64,000 nucleotides of DNA. It comes from Flavobacteriales bacterium. Its GTDB lineage: Bacteria > Bacteroidota > Bacteroidia > NS11-12g > UBA955. Location of the stretch: the NCBI GenBank assembly GCA_947496375.1, contig CANMCY010000001.1, forward strand, positions 70,756-134,755, written 5' to 3'. Of the stretch, positions 19,930-29,868 are shown piece after piece (position 1 is the stretch's first letter; the number at the start of each line of letters is the position of its first letter). The notes under the pieces are model-generated. The model was not told the origin of the DNA. It ran no database searches and saw nothing but the letters and a program-made list of their open reading frames with translations. Position numbers and translations under genes: made by a program.

Positions 19930-21403
19930 GAAGGTAATCATTGCAGGAGCAGGTCTGGGAGGCCTCAGCACAGCGCTGCGACTTGCCTATGCGGGATATG
20001 AGGTTGAATTGCTGGAACAGCATCACCGACCTGGCGGGAGGCTCAATTTGCTGGAAAAAGATGGTTTCACATTCGATATTGGACCCTCGTTTTTTAGCAT
20101 GAGTTATGAATTCCACGAGTTGTTCAACAGCATAGGAGAGCCCATGCCTTTTGAGCTAAACGAGTTGAATCCTCTCTATACTGTTAATATTGAAGGCCGC
20201 GACAAGGTTTATCGTATTTTCAAGGACCTGGAAAAACTGGCTCAGGAATTTAGTGCCATCGAGCCCGATTTTGAGCGAAAAGCGGAGAAATATCTCAAAA
20301 GAGCCGGTGAAGTTTTTCATGATACGGAATACCGAATCGTAAAGAAAAATTTCAACGGCATGCTTCCATTTCTGCTCAGTATGGCATCAGTGCCCAAAAA
20401 ACATCTCCCCAAAATGTTTCGCAGCTTTTGGGCCGAGTTGGAAAGGCACTTCGAAAGTGAAGATGTGAAAATTATTTTTTCTCTGGTGGCATTTTTCTTG
20501 GGTGCTACGCCTTTTAATACACCCTCAGTTTATAATCTACTCAATTATACGGAACTAAAACATGATGGTTACTGGAATGTGAAGGGTGGTATGTATAAAA
20601 TCGCTGAGGGCATTATTTCACTGTTGAATAAAAAAGGGGTAAAAATTCATTGCAATACCCGCGTAGTATCTGTTCAGGAGAAACATGGTAAAATGGTTTC
20701 ACTAACCGATCAAAACGGTAAAATCTGGACAGCGGATTTGTTCGTTATCAATGCTGATGCGGCATCATTCCGAGGTAAATTCCTCAACAGACCTGCGTTT
20801 ACCGAGAAAAAACTGGATAAAATGGACTGGACCCTTGCACCTTTCACGATCTATTTGGGGGTGAAGGGTAAAATGGATGGCATTGCACACCATAATTATT
20901 TCCTGGGCAACAACTTCAGGCAGTACGCCGATACCATTTTCAGAAGCACAGTAGCACCGGATAAACCCTACTATTATGTGAATGTGGCCAGTAAAAGCAA
21001 TCCTGAATGTGCGCCTGAGGGGTGTGAGAATTTATTCATTTTGTGCCCCGTACCCGACCGCCGTGTGAAACCTGACTGGAACGATGCGAATAAACTGGCC
21101 GATGATATCATCGCGGATTTAAGTAAACGCGTAGGATATGATATTGCGGCCAATACCCTCACACGAACCATCTATACACCGGTGGAATGGGAGCAGATGT
21201 TTTCGCTTTATCGCGGCAGCGGACTGGGTCTGGCCCATGGCATGAATCAAATTGGGGCTTTTCGTCCCGCCAACAAAGACGAAAAGCTGAATAATGTATA
21301 TTATGTTGGGGCAAGCACCCACCCGGGTACCGGTTTGCCCATTGTTGTAATAGGTTCTAAATTAATAACTGAAAAAATCACCCATGAGCATCCAGCTGTT
21401 TGA
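19922..21403 (+). CDS. crtI: Phytoene desaturase
   Basis: GAGLGGL FAD site, GFTFDIGPS, YVGASTHPGTGLP; lies between crtZ and crtB. Confidence 0.85.
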   Translation: MAKKVIIAGAGLGGLSTALRLAYAGYEVELLEQHHRPGGRLNLLEKDGFTFDIGPSFFSMSYEFHELFNSIGEPMPFELNELNPLYTVNIEGRDKVYRIFKDLEKLAQEFSAIEPDFERKAEKYLKRAGEVFHDTEYRIVKKNFNGMLPFLLSMASVPKKHLPKMFRSFWAELERHFESEDVKIIFSLVAFFLGATPFNTPSVYNLLNYTELKHDGYWNVKGGMYKIAEGIISLLNKKGVKIHCNTRVVSVQEKHGKMVSLTDQNGKIWTADLFVINADAASFRGKFLNRPAFTEKKLDKMDWTLAPFTIYLGVKGKMDGIAHHNYFLGNNFRQYADTIFRSTVAPDKPYYYVNVASKSNPECAPEGCENLFILCPVPDRRVKPDWNDANKLADDIIADLSKRVGYDIAANTLTRTIYTPVEWEQMFSLYRGSGLGLAHGMNQIGAFRPANKDEKLNNVYYVGASTHPGTGLPIVVIGSKLITEKITHEHPAV

Positions 21404-22229
21404 TAAGACATCTTCAGATATAAGCAAGCGTGTAGCCCTTAATTATAGCACCAGTTTCTCGCTGGGTATACGTTTATTGTCCAAAGAATACCGCTGGGCG
21501 GTTTTTGCTATATACGGGTTTGTGCGTGTGGCCGATGAAATCGTGGATACCTTCCATAACCACGACAAAAGAAAACTGCTGGAAGAATTTAAACATCAAA
21601 CCTATGCCGCCATCGACGCGGGTATTAGCACCAATCCTGTTTTGCATTCATTCCAGCTGGCTGTACATAATTTTGGTATTGGCAAAGACCTAATAGAGCC
21701 ATTTTTTGTTTCTATGGCCCTGGATCTGGATAAAAATACTTACGACAATGACGGATATGAAACCTACATCTATGGCAGCGCCGAGGTGGTAGGCCTCATG
21801 TGTTTAAGGGTGTTTTGCAATAACAACGCTGAACAATATGAACGTCTATTACCCCATGCAAGAAGTCTGGGTGCCGCTTTCCAGAAAGTAAATTTTCTTC
21901 GCGATCTAAAAAGTGATGTGGACGATAGAGGTCGGGTTTATTTCCCCGGTGTGGATTTTAATGCGTTCAGCGAAAATGACAAAAATCAAATTATTGCCGA
22001 CATAAAAAAGGATTTTTCTCATGCTTTCGAGGGAATTAAAAAACTTCCTGTGGGTTGCCGTCTTGGCGTGTATACAGCGTATATCTATTACCTGAAACTC
22101 CTAGAAAAGATACAGCGCAGTTCGGCAGAAGAAATTGCCGGAAGCCGCATTCGTATACCCAATGGCCAAAAATTGATGCTGCTGGCCAAAAGCTACGTGA
22201 AAGAGCGCATGATGCGCGCTGCCTTATAA
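21384..22229 (+). CDS. crtB: Phytoene synthase
   Basis: YSTSFSLG, RVADEIVD, YIYGSAEVVGLM, AFQKVNFLRD. Confidence 0.93.
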   Translation: MSIQLFDKTSSDISKRVALNYSTSFSLGIRLLSKEYRWAVFAIYGFVRVADEIVDTFHNHDKRKLLEEFKHQTYAAIDAGISTNPVLHSFQLAVHNFGIGKDLIEPFFVSMALDLDKNTYDNDGYETYIYGSAEVVGLMCLRVFCNNNAEQYERLLPHARSLGAAFQKVNFLRDLKSDVDDRGRVYFPGVDFNAFSENDKNQIIADIKKDFSHAFEGIKKLPVGCRLGVYTAYIYYLKLLEKIQRSSAEEIAGSRIRIPNGQKLMLLAKSYVKERMMRAAL

Positions 22230-22235
22230 TTCTGT

Positions 22236-23594
22236 TTATCCAAAAAGCCAGGAAAACATCTCATCTACCCGGCTGAATTGTCTTACTTTTATTTTCCCTT
22301 TTAAGGCAGGAATTTTGCAGTATTTGGAAACAATGATTTCTTCAAATCCGAGTTTTTCGGCTTCTGATATTCGTTGTTCAGCCCGCTGAACAGCCCTGAT
22401 TTCTCCGCTTAGGCCAATTTCTCCGGAAAAAACGGTTTTTGATGGAATGCATATACCCTGGTAGCTGCTCATAATGGCGGCCACAGCGGCCAGGTCCAGC
22501 GCCGGGTCTTCAATCCGAATACCTCCGGCAAGGTTGATGAAAACATCCTGAGCGCCCAGCCGAAAACCACAGCGTTTTTCTAAAACTGCCAGCAGCATGT
22601 TCAGTCTGCGCAGATCAAAACCGGTGCAGGAACGTTGTGGTGTTCCATAAACTGCAGTGCTTACCAACGACTGTGTTTCCAGCAAAATGGGTCGTACTCC
22701 CTCCATGGCCACGGCTATGGCCACGCCTGAAATATCCTCATCCCGCTCTACCAAAAAAACCTGGGAAGGATTTTTGACGGTAGACAGGCCACTGCCGCTC
22801 ATTTCGTAAATTCCCATCTCATGGGTGCTCCCAAATCGATTTTTCAGGGTTCTTAGCAAACGGAAATGATAGTTTCTGTCCCCTTCAAATTGCAAAACAG
22901 TATCTACCATGTGTTCCAGTATTTTTGGTCCTGCGATGCTTCCATCCTTCGTAATGTGCCCAATTAAAAATACCGAAACCTGGTTTTCTTTGGCAAAACG
23001 CAGCAATTGCCCTGCACATTCCCTGATTTGTGAAACACTTCCGGGTGTGGCCTCGAGCAGGTCACTGTAAAGGGTTTGTATTGAGTCTATAATGACAACC
23101 TCAGGTTTCAGGGTTTGCATGGTTTGCAAAACCGCCTCCAGCCGTGTCTCCGTAATAACCATACATTGTTCGTTGTCTATCCCAATCCGGTCGGCACGCA
23201 ACTTTACCTGTTCGGCACTTTCTTCTCCTGAAACATAGGCGACCGGTAACTTAAGCTTGAGCGCGATTTGTAGCAACAGTGTGCTTTTGCCAATGCCGGG
23301 CTCTCCACCAAGAAGTACCAGACTCCCGGGAACCAGTCCGCCACCCAGCACCAGATTGAGTTCATCGTCCGGCATGGCTACCCGCTCTGTTTTTTCTGAC
23401 GTTATCTCCTTCACATTTTGGGGAATGGATTTTTCCCCTGTTGTGGATTTGGTCCATCCACTGGGACCGGTTTTTATAGATACAACCTCCTCCTTGAGTG
23501 AGTTCCATGCCCCACAAGCGTTGCATTTGCCGGCCCACTTGGAACTTTCTGCTCCACATTCACCGCAGAAGAATACCGTTTTGCTTTTGGCCAT
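22236..23594 (-). CDS. radA: DNA repair protein RadA/Sms
   Basis: C4 zinc finger, GGEPGIGKSTL, KNRFG. Confidence 0.97.
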   Translation of the reverse strand: MAKSKTVFFCGECGAESSKWAGKCNACGAWNSLKEEVVSIKTGPSGWTKSTTGEKSIPQNVKEITSEKTERVAMPDDELNLVLGGGLVPGSLVLLGGEPGIGKSTLLLQIALKLKLPVAYVSGEESAEQVKLRADRIGIDNEQCMVITETRLEAVLQTMQTLKPEVVIIDSIQTLYSDLLEATPGSVSQIRECAGQLLRFAKENQVSVFLIGHITKDGSIAGPKILEHMVDTVLQFEGDRNYHFRLLRTLKNRFGSTHEMGIYEMSGSGLSTVKNPSQVFLVERDEDISGVAIAVAMEGVRPILLETQSLVSTAVYGTPQRSCTGFDLRRLNMLLAVLEKRCGFRLGAQDVFINLAGGIRIEDPALDLAAVAAIMSSYQGICIPSKTVFSGEIGLSGEIRAVQRAEQRISEAEKLGFEEIIVSKYCKIPALKGKIKVRQFSRVDEMFSWLFG

Positions 23595-23648
23595 GTCGCA
23601 ATTTATGATGGCAATCGGGTTGGTTTGTTATCAACTTTTGCACGTTTT

Positions 23649-23671
23649 TTATTTAGAAAGATTATAAACAA
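23649..23671. promoter_or_regulatory. Imperfect AT-rich palindrome upstream of nfu, candidate iron-responsive operator
   Basis: TTATTTAGAAAGATTATAAACAA, 25 nt upstream of TAATTTTG (23697-23704). Confidence 0.4.
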
Positions 23672-23713
23672 TTAACCCAAATGTCTGTTTAATGCTTAAT
23701 TTTGTACTAGATT

Positions 23714-24283
23714 ATGGAAACCACAGCGGATAACTTTGTAACCATTTACGCGGAGGCAACACCCAATCCTGAAAGCATGAAGTTTGTTTCAAGCAAGATG
23801 CTGCTCCCAAATGACAGTGCCGATTTCAGAACGGCAGATTCAGCCACTGATTCTGAGTTGGCGAAAGCTTTGTTTGAAATGCCTTTCGTGAAAGGGGTTT
23901 TTATCATGAATAATTTTGTTTCGGTTACCAAAAACAACGATTACGAGTGGTTTGATCTGATTCCCGATTTACGTCAGTTTTTTCAGGAATGGATACAGGA
24001 GGGAAAATCCATTGTTTCGCCCAAAAAAGAACTTACACCAGAGCAGGAGGGTGAAGTGGAGCGTAAAATCCGGCAGCTGCTGGAAGACCATGTTCGTCCG
24101 GCAGTAGAAATGGATGGTGGAGCCATTGATTTTAAAAGTTTCCAAAACGGAATTGTCACTGTGCAAATGAAAGGCAGCTGTTCCGGTTGTCCGTCCTCTA
24201 CCATGACGCTAAAAGCGGGTATTGAAAATCTACTGAAACGGATGGTGCCTGAGGTGCAGTCTGTGGAAGCAGAGGCCGGTTGA
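23714..24283 (+). CDS. NifU/Nfu-family Fe-S cluster carrier
   Basis: Nfu_N domain EATPNPESMKF; VRPAVEMDGG..GSCSGCPSSTMTLKAGIE. Confidence 0.92.
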   Translation: METTADNFVTIYAEATPNPESMKFVSSKMLLPNDSADFRTADSATDSELAKALFEMPFVKGVFIMNNFVSVTKNNDYEWFDLIPDLRQFFQEWIQEGKSIVSPKKELTPEQEGEVERKIRQLLEDHVRPAVEMDGGAIDFKSFQNGIVTVQMKGSCSGCPSSTMTLKAGIENLLKRMVPEVQSVEAEAG

Positions 24284-24352
24284 GAATAGAATATTTTGAT
24301 GTGCAATGCGATTATCGTTGCATTTCCTTTTATTTGCTGTTAAATCTTTCTT

Positions 24353-26242
24353 ATGTCCAATACCTTACCCAAAGAATTCAAAGATCCTGATTTCAAATCA
24401 CTGCATCAGTTTTTTCTTAATTCAGCCCATCATATTCACACCCCTGATACGGTTTATTTAACCCGCAAGGAGTCCGGTAAATGGGTGGATTATACCTACC
24501 GCGATTTATTAAGCTACGTGGATTGCCTTACCGGCTGGCTGATGAGCCGCGGTTTGCAAAAAGGAGACCGCGTGGCACTCATTCTTGAAAATAGTCCTGA
24601 ATTTTATTGCATAGATCAGGCCCTGCAAAAATTGGGCATTATCAACGTGAGCATATATCCTACCCTCACAGCAGATGAAACAGCTTTTATACTGAATGAT
24701 TCAGGAGCCAGAATTCTTTTTGTGGGAAATCCTTTCCTGCTGAAGAAGTTTAAGAAGGTAGAAGATAAATGTGCTGCGGTTGAGGTGGTGGTGAGTTTTC
24801 CGGAAGATGTGGAAACCGATGAAAAGTTGGTTACCTACAGGCAGATTCTGGAACAGGGAAGAGCATTATTTCCTGCATGGAGTGAGCAGATTGAATCTAG
24901 GTTTCAAGAAGTGGGTCATGATGATATTGCTACCCTGATTTACACATCGGGCACAACCGGTGTTCCCAAGGGTGCAATGCTCACACATTACAATTTTTTG
25001 AGCAACTGCTATGATGCCAATGATCTGGTGCCGGATATCACCAAAGATGATAAATTTTTGAGCTTCTTGCCCCTAAGTCATGTATTTGAGCGTATGGCCT
25101 ATTATCTCACTACCTACCTGGGATCCTCCGTGGCGTTTGCCGAAAATATTGATAAAGTGGCACAAAATATAGCTGAAGTGAAACCCACCCTCATGGCTGC
25201 GGTTCCACGATTGCTGGAAAGAGTGCACGATAGGGTAATGAAAACCGGTACTGAGGCAGGTGGAATGAAGGCTAATATTTTCCTGTGGGCGCTCTCGGTA
25301 GGGGAGAAGGCACGCAAAACCAAAGATGAAGGTAAATCACGCGGCCCTTGGTTATCGGTCCGATATGCCATAGCAGAGAAGCTGGTCTTTTCCAAGATTA
25401 AACAAAAAATGGGTGGCCGCCTAAAGTTGTTTGTATCCGGTGGTGGAGCACTGCCCCCGCATGTTGGCGAGTTTTTTGCCAACCTGGGTATTCAGGTGCA
25501 GGAAGGGTTCGGACTCACCGAAACTTCTCCTTTCATCACGGTGAATGAGTACAATCGCCAGGTTTACGGCACTGTAGGCCGCGTTGCCCCCCGTCAGCAG
25601 GTAGCCATTCAAAACCCCGACACCAAAGAAATTTATACGGTTCAGACTTACCATACGTTTAAACCCGATTTTGTATCTGAGGAAGGAGAAATTCTCTCAA
25701 AGGGACCCAATGTGATGAAGGGATATTGGAAGAATCAGACAGAGACAGACAAGGTTTTTGATCAGGACGGCTGGTTCCATACCGGAGATATTGGCCGCTT
25801 TGAAAAGGGATACCTTAAAATTACCGATCGACTGAAAAACATGTTGGTTACCTCTTTGGGTAAGAATATTTATCCTACACAGCTGGAAAACAATTTCCTC
25901 AAAAGCCCTAAGATTGAGCAGATTTTCATTATTGGTGATAAGCAGGAATTTGTAACCGCCATCATTGTTCCTGCCATGGAAGAGGCCATTGCCCGTGGCA
26001 TTCCTGCTTCAGTATTTGAACATGAAGATGCCTTCATCGAAAATGATGAACTGAGGCAATGGCTGGGAGAAGATGTGAAAAAATACAATGAAAACCTGGC
26101 CAAATTTGAGCGGGTTAAAGATTTCCTAATTAAAAGGACTCCTTTTTCCATTGAGGATGGAGATATGACCATTACCCTGAAAGTGAAGCGCAAGGTGGTG
26201 ATGGAGAAATTCAATGACGCCATCAACAAGCTTTATGCGTGA
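24353..26242 (+). CDS. Long-chain fatty acid-CoA ligase
   Basis: YTSGTTGVPKG, LPLSHVFER, EGFGLTETSP, GWFHTGDIG. Confidence 0.92.
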   Translation: MSNTLPKEFKDPDFKSLHQFFLNSAHHIHTPDTVYLTRKESGKWVDYTYRDLLSYVDCLTGWLMSRGLQKGDRVALILENSPEFYCIDQALQKLGIINVSIYPTLTADETAFILNDSGARILFVGNPFLLKKFKKVEDKCAAVEVVVSFPEDVETDEKLVTYRQILEQGRALFPAWSEQIESRFQEVGHDDIATLIYTSGTTGVPKGAMLTHYNFLSNCYDANDLVPDITKDDKFLSFLPLSHVFERMAYYLTTYLGSSVAFAENIDKVAQNIAEVKPTLMAAVPRLLERVHDRVMKTGTEAGGMKANIFLWALSVGEKARKTKDEGKSRGPWLSVRYAIAEKLVFSKIKQKMGGRLKLFVSGGGALPPHVGEFFANLGIQVQEGFGLTETSPFITVNEYNRQVYGTVGRVAPRQQVAIQNPDTKEIYTVQTYHTFKPDFVSEEGEILSKGPNVMKGYWKNQTETDKVFDQDGWFHTGDIGRFEKGYLKITDRLKNMLVTSLGKNIYPTQLENNFLKSPKIEQIFIIGDKQEFVTAIIVPAMEEAIARGIPASVFEHEDAFIENDELRQWLGEDVKKYNENLAKFERVKDFLIKRTPFSIEDGDMTITLKVKRKVVMEKFNDAINKLYA

Positions 26243-26342
26243 AAAAGTAGAATATTATCAATTATCCACAATTTGTTGATATTAATCAGATGTTAGCGGT
26301 TAATTAAAGCTTACTTTTGTGTAAGTTTTAAGGATAACCCAT

Positions 26343-27362
26343 TTGAATATTTACCTCGCTCTTGGTTTATTTTCGGTGTGCAGTGCGGGTGCTGTGCTTT
26401 TTTTGAAACTAGCCAGAATGTATGGTCTGCACGATCACCCCGGCGGCAGAAGCTCACACTGGAAGCCAACGGTTACCGGAATGGGCTTGATAGTGGCTCT
26501 GTCATTAATCACTTATCTTATTTGGCATCCCTACCAGCTCCCTGAATATTTTGTGGCCGGATTTTTCATTATTTCTGCAGTAAGTTTCCTCGATGACCTC
26601 TTTTTTCTGAAGCACTCATTCAGGTTGCTTGTTCAGATGCTCACCATGGCCATGCTTATGGCGCAAATGCCATTTCATAGTTTTGGAGCAGAGGTTATTC
26701 CTATTTACCTGGCATCTTTCATCTTTGGAATTGGGGTATTAAATGCCTACAACTTTATGGATGGGGTGAATGGCATGCTCACACTGCACGCTTTGCTGGT
26801 ATTCAGCGGACTTTATTATCTTAATCAGCACATTACGGATATGCAGGGTAACGCCATCCCCTTTACAGATTCTAATTTTATCCTTAGTATCATTATTCCT
26901 CTTGCCATTTTTGGGTTTTTCAATATACGCAAGTCCGCCATTGCTTTTATGGGTGATGTAGGTAGTATATCGATTGCCTTCATCACCGTTTTTCTGATTT
27001 ACTCGCTTATTTTTAAAACCGGTAATTACATGTACCTGCTGATGTTTAGCGTGTTTGGCGCGGATGCAGCACTCACAGTGTGTTATAAACTATTGCTGGG
27101 AGAAAATATCTTCGTTCCCCACCGTGATTTTTTGTTTAAGAAATTGGTTCACATCCGCAAATGGTCACACTTGAAAGTGAGCTTCTGGTATTTCGCAGTG
27201 CAAGCCATCATCAACCTGATTGTGATTGGTTTATTCCCGACTACGCCTAAATTAAGCACTCAGATTTCTGTACTTTTCATAGGATGCATTTTATTGATTG
27301 GTTTATACGTATATGTTCAGTCACGTATGCCCAGGAAGCAAATTGCCAGGTCAAAACCATAG
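26343..27362 (+). CDS. MraY/WecA-family (GT4) polyprenyl-phosphate sugar-1-phosphate transferase
   Basis: RSSH, SFLDD, NAYNFMDGVNG, FMGDVGS; multiple TM helices; TACTTTTG element at 26312-26319. Confidence 0.88.
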   Translation: MNIYLALGLFSVCSAGAVLFLKLARMYGLHDHPGGRSSHWKPTVTGMGLIVALSLITYLIWHPYQLPEYFVAGFFIISAVSFLDDLFFLKHSFRLLVQMLTMAMLMAQMPFHSFGAEVIPIYLASFIFGIGVLNAYNFMDGVNGMLTLHALLVFSGLYYLNQHITDMQGNAIPFTDSNFILSIIIPLAIFGFFNIRKSAIAFMGDVGSISIAFITVFLIYSLIFKTGNYMYLLMFSVFGADAALTVCYKLLLGENIFVPHRDFLFKKLVHIRKWSHLKVSFWYFAVQAIINLIVIGLFPTTPKLSTQISVLFIGCILLIGLYVYVQSRMPRKQIARSKP

Positions 27363-27980
27363 TTTGATGGCGATGAAAAACACCATCTGAATTATCAGCA
27401 GAGAAGTTGCAATCGCATTTCTTTCCGGTTTCACCATCATCAGATACAAGCGTATCAGCACAAAGGAACACAAAAACCATGCAATGTAATTTTGCAATGG
27501 GATATTGCCGCCTTGCCAATACCACATGCCCATTTTAACCGCCGCAGGTTCCATCACAAAATCATAAAGGGTCATGATGCAGGCCCCTGCCAGCGATATT
27601 AACCACGCATTCCCAATTCTGCCGGATAAAGTTGATACCACAAAATAAATTAGCATCGCCCAGTTTAAACCTATAAGGTATGGGATTCCTTCCCAGTCGG
27701 GCCCCAACGTTTTTCCATAAAAATATTGCCCAAAAATCAATCCGGTATGTACGCCGGCATACTCAATAAAGAAACCGCATAATCCCGAACAAATCAGTCC
27801 CATAAACAGTCCCGGGTTCCATTTTTTTTGAAAAACCAGGGGCACGATAAAGGATAAGATCAGGTTTAGCGGTGTAAGCCCAATTACCTGTGGTCGGGTT
27901 GCCTGAAATAAAAGCCCGGTCAAGCCCACAGCATATACAATACCGGCAATCCCTACTACCCGTTTTTCAGCGCTTTGCAT
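27351..27980 (-). CDS. cruF: Carotenoid 1,2-hydratase (CruF/DUF422 family)
   Basis: IEYAGVHTGLIFGQYFYG, IPYLIGLNW, DFVMEP, IPLQNYIAWF; directly downstream of crtD; likely start is the ATG at 27980. Confidence 0.82.
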   Translation of the reverse strand: MQSAEKRVVGIAGIVYAVGLTGLLFQATRPQVIGLTPLNLILSFIVPLVFQKKWNPGLFMGLICSGLCGFFIEYAGVHTGLIFGQYFYGKTLGPDWEGIPYLIGLNWAMLIYFVVSTLSGRIGNAWLISLAGACIMTLYDFVMEPAAVKMGMWYWQGGNIPLQNYIAWFLCSFVLIRLYLMMVKPERNAIATSLLIIQMVFFIAIKLWF

Positions 27981-29427
27981 GGTGTTTTTGAATGATGATG
28001 TCGCTTGCAATATTACCACCTAAAACGCATAAAGGGATGCCTCCTCCGGGATGCACGCTGCCACCGCAAAAATAAAGTTCCCGTGTGGCAGCAGAAAAAT
28101 TGGCCTGCCTGAAAAATGCCGACATAAGGTTATTGCTACTGCTTCCGTATAGTGACCCGAAGGTGCTTCCCGTTTGCTTTTCAATGCGAACCGGGTCTAA
28201 AAATTCTTCAAAAACGATCAAAGGGCCTATTTCACATTGCAGCATTTTACTAATCTTCCTTAAAATTAATTCCTTCGCTTTTTGTCTGTATGCTTCCCAG
28301 TTTTGTCCTTTATTAGCCGGAGCGTTTATCATCACAAACCAGTTTTCACATCCCTCCGGTGCATCTGTAGGTTCTTCTTTACTGCTGATATTGATGTATA
28401 CAGTTGGGTCTTTACACAATGTTCCTCGATCAAAAATGCTTTCAAATTCCTCCTTGTAATCACTGCTGAAAAAGATATTGTGCAAATCCAATGAAGGGAA
28501 AGTGCCTTTGATTCCCCAGTAAAAAATGAGGGCCGAGCTGCTTGGCTCAGATTTTTTTATTTTGGCAGGCAGTGACTGATTGAGCAGTTGATACGTCAAT
28601 CTCACATCCAGATTGGAAACTACCATATCCGATTCATGCGTTATACCATTGGCTACCAAACCGGTGATTTGATTGTGCTTTTGGGTGATTGAAGATATGC
28701 TGTGTTTAAAGTGAAATTTCACCCCCAGTAATTCGGCCTGCTTTTGAAGCGCACGGGCTATCGAGATCATACCTCCCTTTGGGAAATAGGCCCCCATACC
28801 CATTTCCAGGTGGGGGATTACATTCAGTGTGGATGGAGCCTTCCAGGGATTAGATCCATTATAGGTTGCGTATCTGTTAAAAAGTTGTATGAGGTTTGGG
28901 TTTTTAAATCGCTTGCTATTGGCTTTGTGCATACTGCGGTGAATGCCTATGAAAGGTAAATTGACTATTCCGCGAAGTCCTGTTGCAGTGGTGTATGTAG
29001 ATCGTTTGTGAAGGCTTTTTTCAAGGAAAACCGGTGCCGTAATTTCATACAAATACTTGCTGTATTTAAGGTGGTTATTTATGGCATTTTTATCCTCATT
29101 GAATATTTTCGCTGCCTGAACCGTGAAGATTTCAGGTTCGGCAGGGCATGGAAAGAAGGTTCCATCGGCGAAAAAATAGTGGCAGAGGGTGTTTAATTTT
29201 TTAAATTGGAATGAAATATCCTCCGATAACAGGTTTTTTATGTAATGCGGCATGGTAAACAGAGAAGGGCCTGCATCGAAGCGAAAACCCGACCCTGATA
29301 TTTCTGCAAGTTTTCCGCCGGCTACATCTTTTTGCTCAAACACATGCACTTCAAAACCTTCTCTGGCAAGTCTTATAGCCGCTGTGAGCCCGCCTATTCC
29401 GGCGCCTGCTATACACACCTTTTTCAC
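27967..29427 (-). CDS. crtD: 1-hydroxycarotenoid 3,4-desaturase
   Basis: GAGIGGL, FRFDAGPSLFTMP, RYATYNGSNP, FCGGSVHPGGGIPLC; adjacent to cruF. Confidence 0.85.
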   Translation of the reverse strand: MKKVCIAGAGIGGLTAAIRLAREGFEVHVFEQKDVAGGKLAEISGSGFRFDAGPSLFTMPHYIKNLLSEDISFQFKKLNTLCHYFFADGTFFPCPAEPEIFTVQAAKIFNEDKNAINNHLKYSKYLYEITAPVFLEKSLHKRSTYTTATGLRGIVNLPFIGIHRSMHKANSKRFKNPNLIQLFNRYATYNGSNPWKAPSTLNVIPHLEMGMGAYFPKGGMISIARALQKQAELLGVKFHFKHSISSITQKHNQITGLVANGITHESDMVVSNLDVRLTYQLLNQSLPAKIKKSEPSSSALIFYWGIKGTFPSLDLHNIFFSSDYKEEFESIFDRGTLCKDPTVYINISSKEEPTDAPEGCENWFVMINAPANKGQNWEAYRQKAKELILRKISKMLQCEIGPLIVFEEFLDPVRIEKQTGSTFGSLYGSSSNNLMSAFFRQANFSAATRELYFCGGSVHPGGGIPLCVLGGNIASDIIIQKHHAKR

Positions 29428-29600
29428 TGTGCAAATAACCGAAAAATGGGTTTAATTGTTTGAAAAATATGCTTTTAAAATTGCCTTGAGTGTAGAAACG
29501 GAAACTTTTTTATAAAAAAAATAAAAAAAAAATATGGAAAGTATTGCATTTTTATTTTTCACTTTTATTTTTGCCGCACATTTAATCAGGAAAACACAAA

Positions 29601-29798
29601 ATGAAAAAGATCTATTTCGCTATCGCTGCTTGCGCTATGTTCGCTTTCGCAGCTTGTTCAGGTAACAGCGGCACTTCAGATGCTGACACTACCAAGGTTG
29701 ACACTGCTGCTGCTGCTACTGTAGACACAGCTGCCGCTGCTACTGCAGACACTTCTGCTGCTGCTGCTGACACAACTAAAGCCGCTGAGAAGAAGTAA
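29601..29798 (+). CDS. Small Ala/Thr/Asp-rich lipoprotein
   Basis: Lipobox FAA-C; own promoter element TATTTTTG (29566-29573) and terminator; highly-expressed-type codons. Confidence 0.85.
   Translation: MKKIYFAIAACAMFAFAACSGNSGTSDADTTKVDTAAAATVDTAAAATADTSAAAADTTKAAEKK
29700..29777 (+). repeat. Degenerate 21-24 bp coding tandem repeat (DTAAAAT[V/A] units)
   Basis: gacactgctgctgctgctactgta / gacacagctgccgctgctactgca / gacacttctgctgctgctgct / gacacaact. Confidence 0.8.
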
Positions 29799-29819
29799 TT
29801 CATCTCTCGAGAAAAATTT

Positions 29820-29848
29820 AAGGGCACTTGCAAAAGTGCCCTTTTTTT
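29820..29848 (+). terminator. Rho-independent terminator
   Basis: AAGGGCACTT-GCAA-AAGTGCCCTTTTTTT. Confidence 0.88.
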
Positions 29849-29868
29849 GTTATATTTGCAGTAGAACC

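Noticed and set aside
26262..26270. Perfect DnaA box TTATCCACA (and degenerate boxes near 904-985) as oriC
   Set aside because: Single box in a 100-bp spacer, no dnaA or box cluster, and GC skew cannot be assessed here
29700..29777. Short repeats as CRISPR or a contingency microsatellite
   Set aside because: No spacers or cas genes; units are in-frame, degenerate coding repeats
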